Of a stretch of 17,376 bases of DNA, positions 14,575 to 17,376 are shown in pieces; the first letter of the stretch is position 1, and every line of letters begins with the position of its first letter. The notes under the pieces are model-generated. The model was not told the DNA's origin, made no database searches, and saw only the letters and a program-made list of their open reading frames with translations. The position numbers were made by a program, and so were the translations under genes. Source of the stretch: a virus (Duplodnaviria; Heunggongvirae; Uroviricota; Caudoviricetes); IMG/VR virus record IMGVR_UViG_2703718846_000005, positions 1 to 17,376 of that record; one strand, given 5' to 3'.

Positions 14575-15523
14575 TTTATCACATATTGCCGCGATGGCAT
14601 TTAATGAGCCGCTTTTACTGGAACCCGCCTATGCGCGGGTTTTCTTTTGCGCACTGGGTAAGGAGATGGGGGCGGGCAGCCTTGCCGTTCCGCAGCAGGC
14701 CGTTCAGCTTGATGCCGATGGTATGCAGCTGGCGGTTACCGATTATATGACTGGTGGTCCGCGTCCGGTAAAGAGTTACCAGGTGAAAAATGGTATTGCC
14801 ATTCTGCCGGTGAGCGGCACGTTGGTACATAAAATGGGTACCCTGCGGCCATATTCCGGTATGACCGGTTATGACGGTCTGACTGCCCGTCTTAAGTCAG
14901 CGGTGAACGACCCGGATGTACGCGGCATTTTACTGGATATCGACAGTCCGGGTGGTCAGGCTGCCGGGGCGTTTGACTGTGCTGACATGATTTACCGTCT
15001 GCGGGAACAGAAGCCCGTGTGGGCGCTGTGTAATGACATGGCCTGTTCAGCCGCCATGTTGCTGGCGGCGGCCTGTACGCGTCGGCTGGTCACGCAGACG
15101 GCAAAAATTGGTTCGATTGGTGTGATGATGGCGCACACCAGTTACGAGAAACAACTGGCACAGGAAGGCGTGGATATCACGCTGATTTACTCCGGGCAGC
15201 ACAAGGTTGACGGCAACAGTATTCAGGCGTTGCCGACAGGTGTGCGTGCGGATTTTCAGCGCCGTATTGATGAGGCCCGCCGGATGTTTGTCGACAAGGT
15301 GGCGCTTTATACGGGGCTGAGTTCAGAGGCGGTGATGAATACCGAGGCTGCCGTTTATGACGGTCAGGCAGGCATTGATACAGGCCTGGCTGATCAACTG
15401 ATTAATGCTGCAGATGCCGTTGATGTACCATATTATTCTGAAAGCCAGACAGAATACATCCGCAGTGGTCATGAGAACGGTGGCGACAGTGGTGACAGGT
15501 CCGGCAGGAGAATATGCTTTTGA
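14564..15523 (+). CDS. Head maturation protease/scaffold gpC-like (S49 peptidase family), C-terminally truncated at a deletion junction
   Basis: ..HIAAMAFNEPLLLEPAYARVFFCAL..ILPVSGTLV..SGMTGYDGL..GVMMAHTSYEKQLAQEGVDITLIYSGQHKVDGN.. parallels lambda gpC to about aa 290, then diverges into 30 unrelated codons. Confidence 0.75.
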   Translation: MRCNLSHIAAMAFNEPLLLEPAYARVFFCALGKEMGAGSLAVPQQAVQLDADGMQLAVTDYMTGGPRPVKSYQVKNGIAILPVSGTLVHKMGTLRPYSGMTGYDGLTARLKSAVNDPDVRGILLDIDSPGGQAAGAFDCADMIYRLREQKPVWALCNDMACSAAMLLAAACTRRLVTQTAKIGSIGVMMAHTSYEKQLAQEGVDITLIYSGQHKVDGNSIQALPTGVRADFQRRIDEARRMFVDKVALYTGLSSEAVMNTEAAVYDGQAGIDTGLADQLINAADAVDVPYYSESQTEYIRSGHENGGDSGDRSGRRICF

Positions 15524-16793
15524 AGCTCAGACCGGAAAATATGACGTTTATCTTCGGTCGTGTATTGAAAGGGAATACTGTGTCGGTGATATTTCGGTTT
15601 ACCACGATTCAACGCCCGGCACGCTGAATGATTTTCTGACAGCCATCGATGAAGGTGACCTCAAACCCGACGTGGTGAAACGTTTTGAGGAAATGGTGGC
15701 GCAGGCGCAGCAGAGCGCGGAAACGGCAACAGAAAGCGAACGACAGGCAGGGCAACATGCAGACGCTGCCGCCCGGGTAAAAGAAGATGTAAAAAAACTG
15801 GTGGAAGGTGTTCAGCAGAACGCCGACGCGGTTGCGGAGGGTAAACAACAGGCCGAAACTCTGGTCTCACAGGTTGAGGATACCGCCGCAGAGGTCAGGC
15901 AGGATGCTGAAGCCGCGAAAAAGGCCGCATCTGATGCAGAGCATGTCAGGGAGGATATTGACACTGCGTTATCTGCGACACTGAAAACGGCGAATCGCCT
16001 GTCAGAGCTGGCTGATGAAGGTGAAGAGGCTCAGCAGGAATCCCGTGATAATCTTGGACTGAAAAGCGCAGCCACAATGACGCCACAGAGCGACATTCGT
16101 GACCGGACTGAAGGCCGTCTGGCGACACCTGGCGCATTTGGTTTTGGGCATATTTTTTTGCCCGCAGAGCGTATCCGTTTTAACACAGAGGATGATTTTC
16201 TGTCCTGGGTAAGGAATGCGACGCCGGGTGAATATTTTGTTGAGGGTGACAGTAAAATCATATCCGGAGGTGTGTTGTTTAACGGGATGGTCCGCATCCG
16301 GTGGGTTGAGGCACGCAATAATCCACCGGAGCCGCGATATACAGCAAAGGCCATTATTTTCTACGGTATTAATGGCGATGTTTATTACAACCGCTACTGG
16401 ACAACAGGTAATGGTTATCTGACTGGCTGGGAAAATCTGAAGATGACCTCACAGGACATTATCTCTCTTCTGTCCGGTATTGCTCCCGGTACCACGGACG
16501 GCTGGTACGGTGCAGGCAGTCTTGTACTGGCGGCTTATAACGGTAAGGGAGACGCAGACACCGACCGCCGGATAAAACGCGGTTACAGCTATCCGGGGTC
16601 ACGCCTGAGCGCGGTTGAATTTATGTGTCACGGCACGACCGGTAGCGGGGTTGGATATAACGGCAGCGTTTCCGTATATGTGCGGGGTTCTGGTGGTGGT
16701 ATGCCGGGGTCATATCGGGCACTGTCAGGTGACGGGCTCGGGTCTGCCGGGTCAGCCAGTGTCATGATTGGTTTGTTCATACGTATTGCGTAG
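15426..16793 (+). pseudogene. Side tail fibre protein (Stf-like), lacking native N-terminus and start; joined out of frame to gpC remnant
   Basis: ..ILKARQNTSAVV..DISVYHDSTPGTLNDFLTAIDEGD.. matches lambda Stf from about residue 20; Ala/Glu/Gln-rich coiled-coil then C-terminal domain; only fortuitous upstream ATGs (15405) lie in gpC-derived sequence. Confidence 0.65.
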
Positions 16794-16800
16794 GTGTTTT

Positions 16801-17376
16801 ATGGAAATAAAACGCATCGAAAATGCGCGTTATCTTGAAAATGGCGCGATTGACTGTGGGGTGTTGTTTGATGGCATGGATGAACCGGTTCCGTATACGG
16901 CAACTGCCACGGATACAGCAGAGACAGGGCAGCGAGTCTGGCAGGAACTGCAAAGCGGCAAGTGGGGAGAAATAACGCCGTTCACCGTCACGTCAGAGAT
17001 GCTGGAAGCAGCAAAAGCAGCCAAACGCCGGGAAATTGAAGCATGGCGTACAGAGCAGGAGGCGCAGCCATTCATTTTTGAATGGAACGGTCATAGCTGG
17101 AACGGGGGACCGGATTCGATGGCCCGTCTTTATCCGGTGGCGATGGCGTCGAAATCCGACACAGCACGGGACGTCATGACGTGGGGTGATGCGGAAAATC
17201 AGCAGGTAAAGTTGTCAATGCAACAACTGGATGAGTTGCTTACTGCAATGGTTCAGGCGCAGGTTGATCGCAATGATGAAATTTATCGCCGCCAGCGGGA
17301 AATGAAAGATGCGTTAAATGCACTGGATGGTTTGAACTCGATCAGAAAACTAGTTATTAGCCCAGAAAATTTTTGA
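16801..17376 (+). CDS. Tail fibre assembly protein (Tfa-like chaperone)
   Basis: ATG 16801 just after stf stop; size and position typical of Tfa; ends at window edge with TGA. Confidence 0.7.
   Translation: MEIKRIENARYLENGAIDCGVLFDGMDEPVPYTATATDTAETGQRVWQELQSGKWGEITPFTVTSEMLEAAKAAKRREIEAWRTEQEAQPFIFEWNGHSWNGGPDSMARLYPVAMASKSDTARDVMTWGDAENQQVKLSMQQLDELLTAMVQAQVDRNDEIYRRQREMKDALNALDGLNSIRKLVISPENF

Larger units (their letters stand above)
1..17376. mobile_element. Defective lambdoid (Qin/DLP12-like) prophage segment
   Basis: Colinear lambdoid gene order on + strand: RusA, Q antiterminator, late promoter, holin/endolysin, cos, Nu1-like and gpA-like terminase, gpC-like protease, Stf/Tfa tail fibre genes; structural genes interrupted by two deletion junctions. 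Confidence 0.85.

Noticed and set aside
1-17376. CRISPR arrays, tRNA/rRNA genes, integrase, IS elements or transposases
   Set aside because: I found no regularly spaced direct repeats, no cloverleaf-compatible segments, and no ORF with recombinase or transposase motifs; attachment sites are presumably outside the window.

Overview
The window reads as a defective, mosaic lambdoid (Qin/DLP12-like) enterobacterial prophage, almost entirely transcribed on the + strand. All calls below come from reading the sequence and recalling protein families; no database search was run. Order: a nin-like early region of small coupled ORFs (1-2030); a hok/sok-like type I toxin-antitoxin locus (about 2237-2650); a Doc-family toxin with an unrecognised small upstream partner, bracketed by a 20-bp direct repeat (2650-3500); a DUF968-like protein, RusA resolvase and a Q antiterminator with a pR'-like late promoter (3575-6217); a cargo island sitting between the late promoter and the lysis genes (6220-8850) holding an AT-rich AraC-family regulator, a TerB-like protein coupled to a small membrane peptide, a minus-strand Zn-ribbon/DUF4145 protein, and a 68-aa ORF; a lysis cassette of two 3-TM holin-like proteins and an M15 peptidase endolysin with no recognisable Rz/Rz1 (8861-9895); small genes including a 60-aa lipoprotein; a lambda-like cos site (11505-11690); terminase small subunit; and a terminase large subunit fused in frame to the C-terminus of the portal protein. 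The head protease gene is truncated and joined out of frame to a side tail fibre gene, followed by a tail fibre assembly gene. Two deletions have therefore removed the head and tail genes, so the element cannot make virions. The most interesting part is the cargo island, which is my best candidate for an uncharacterised defence or stress module.
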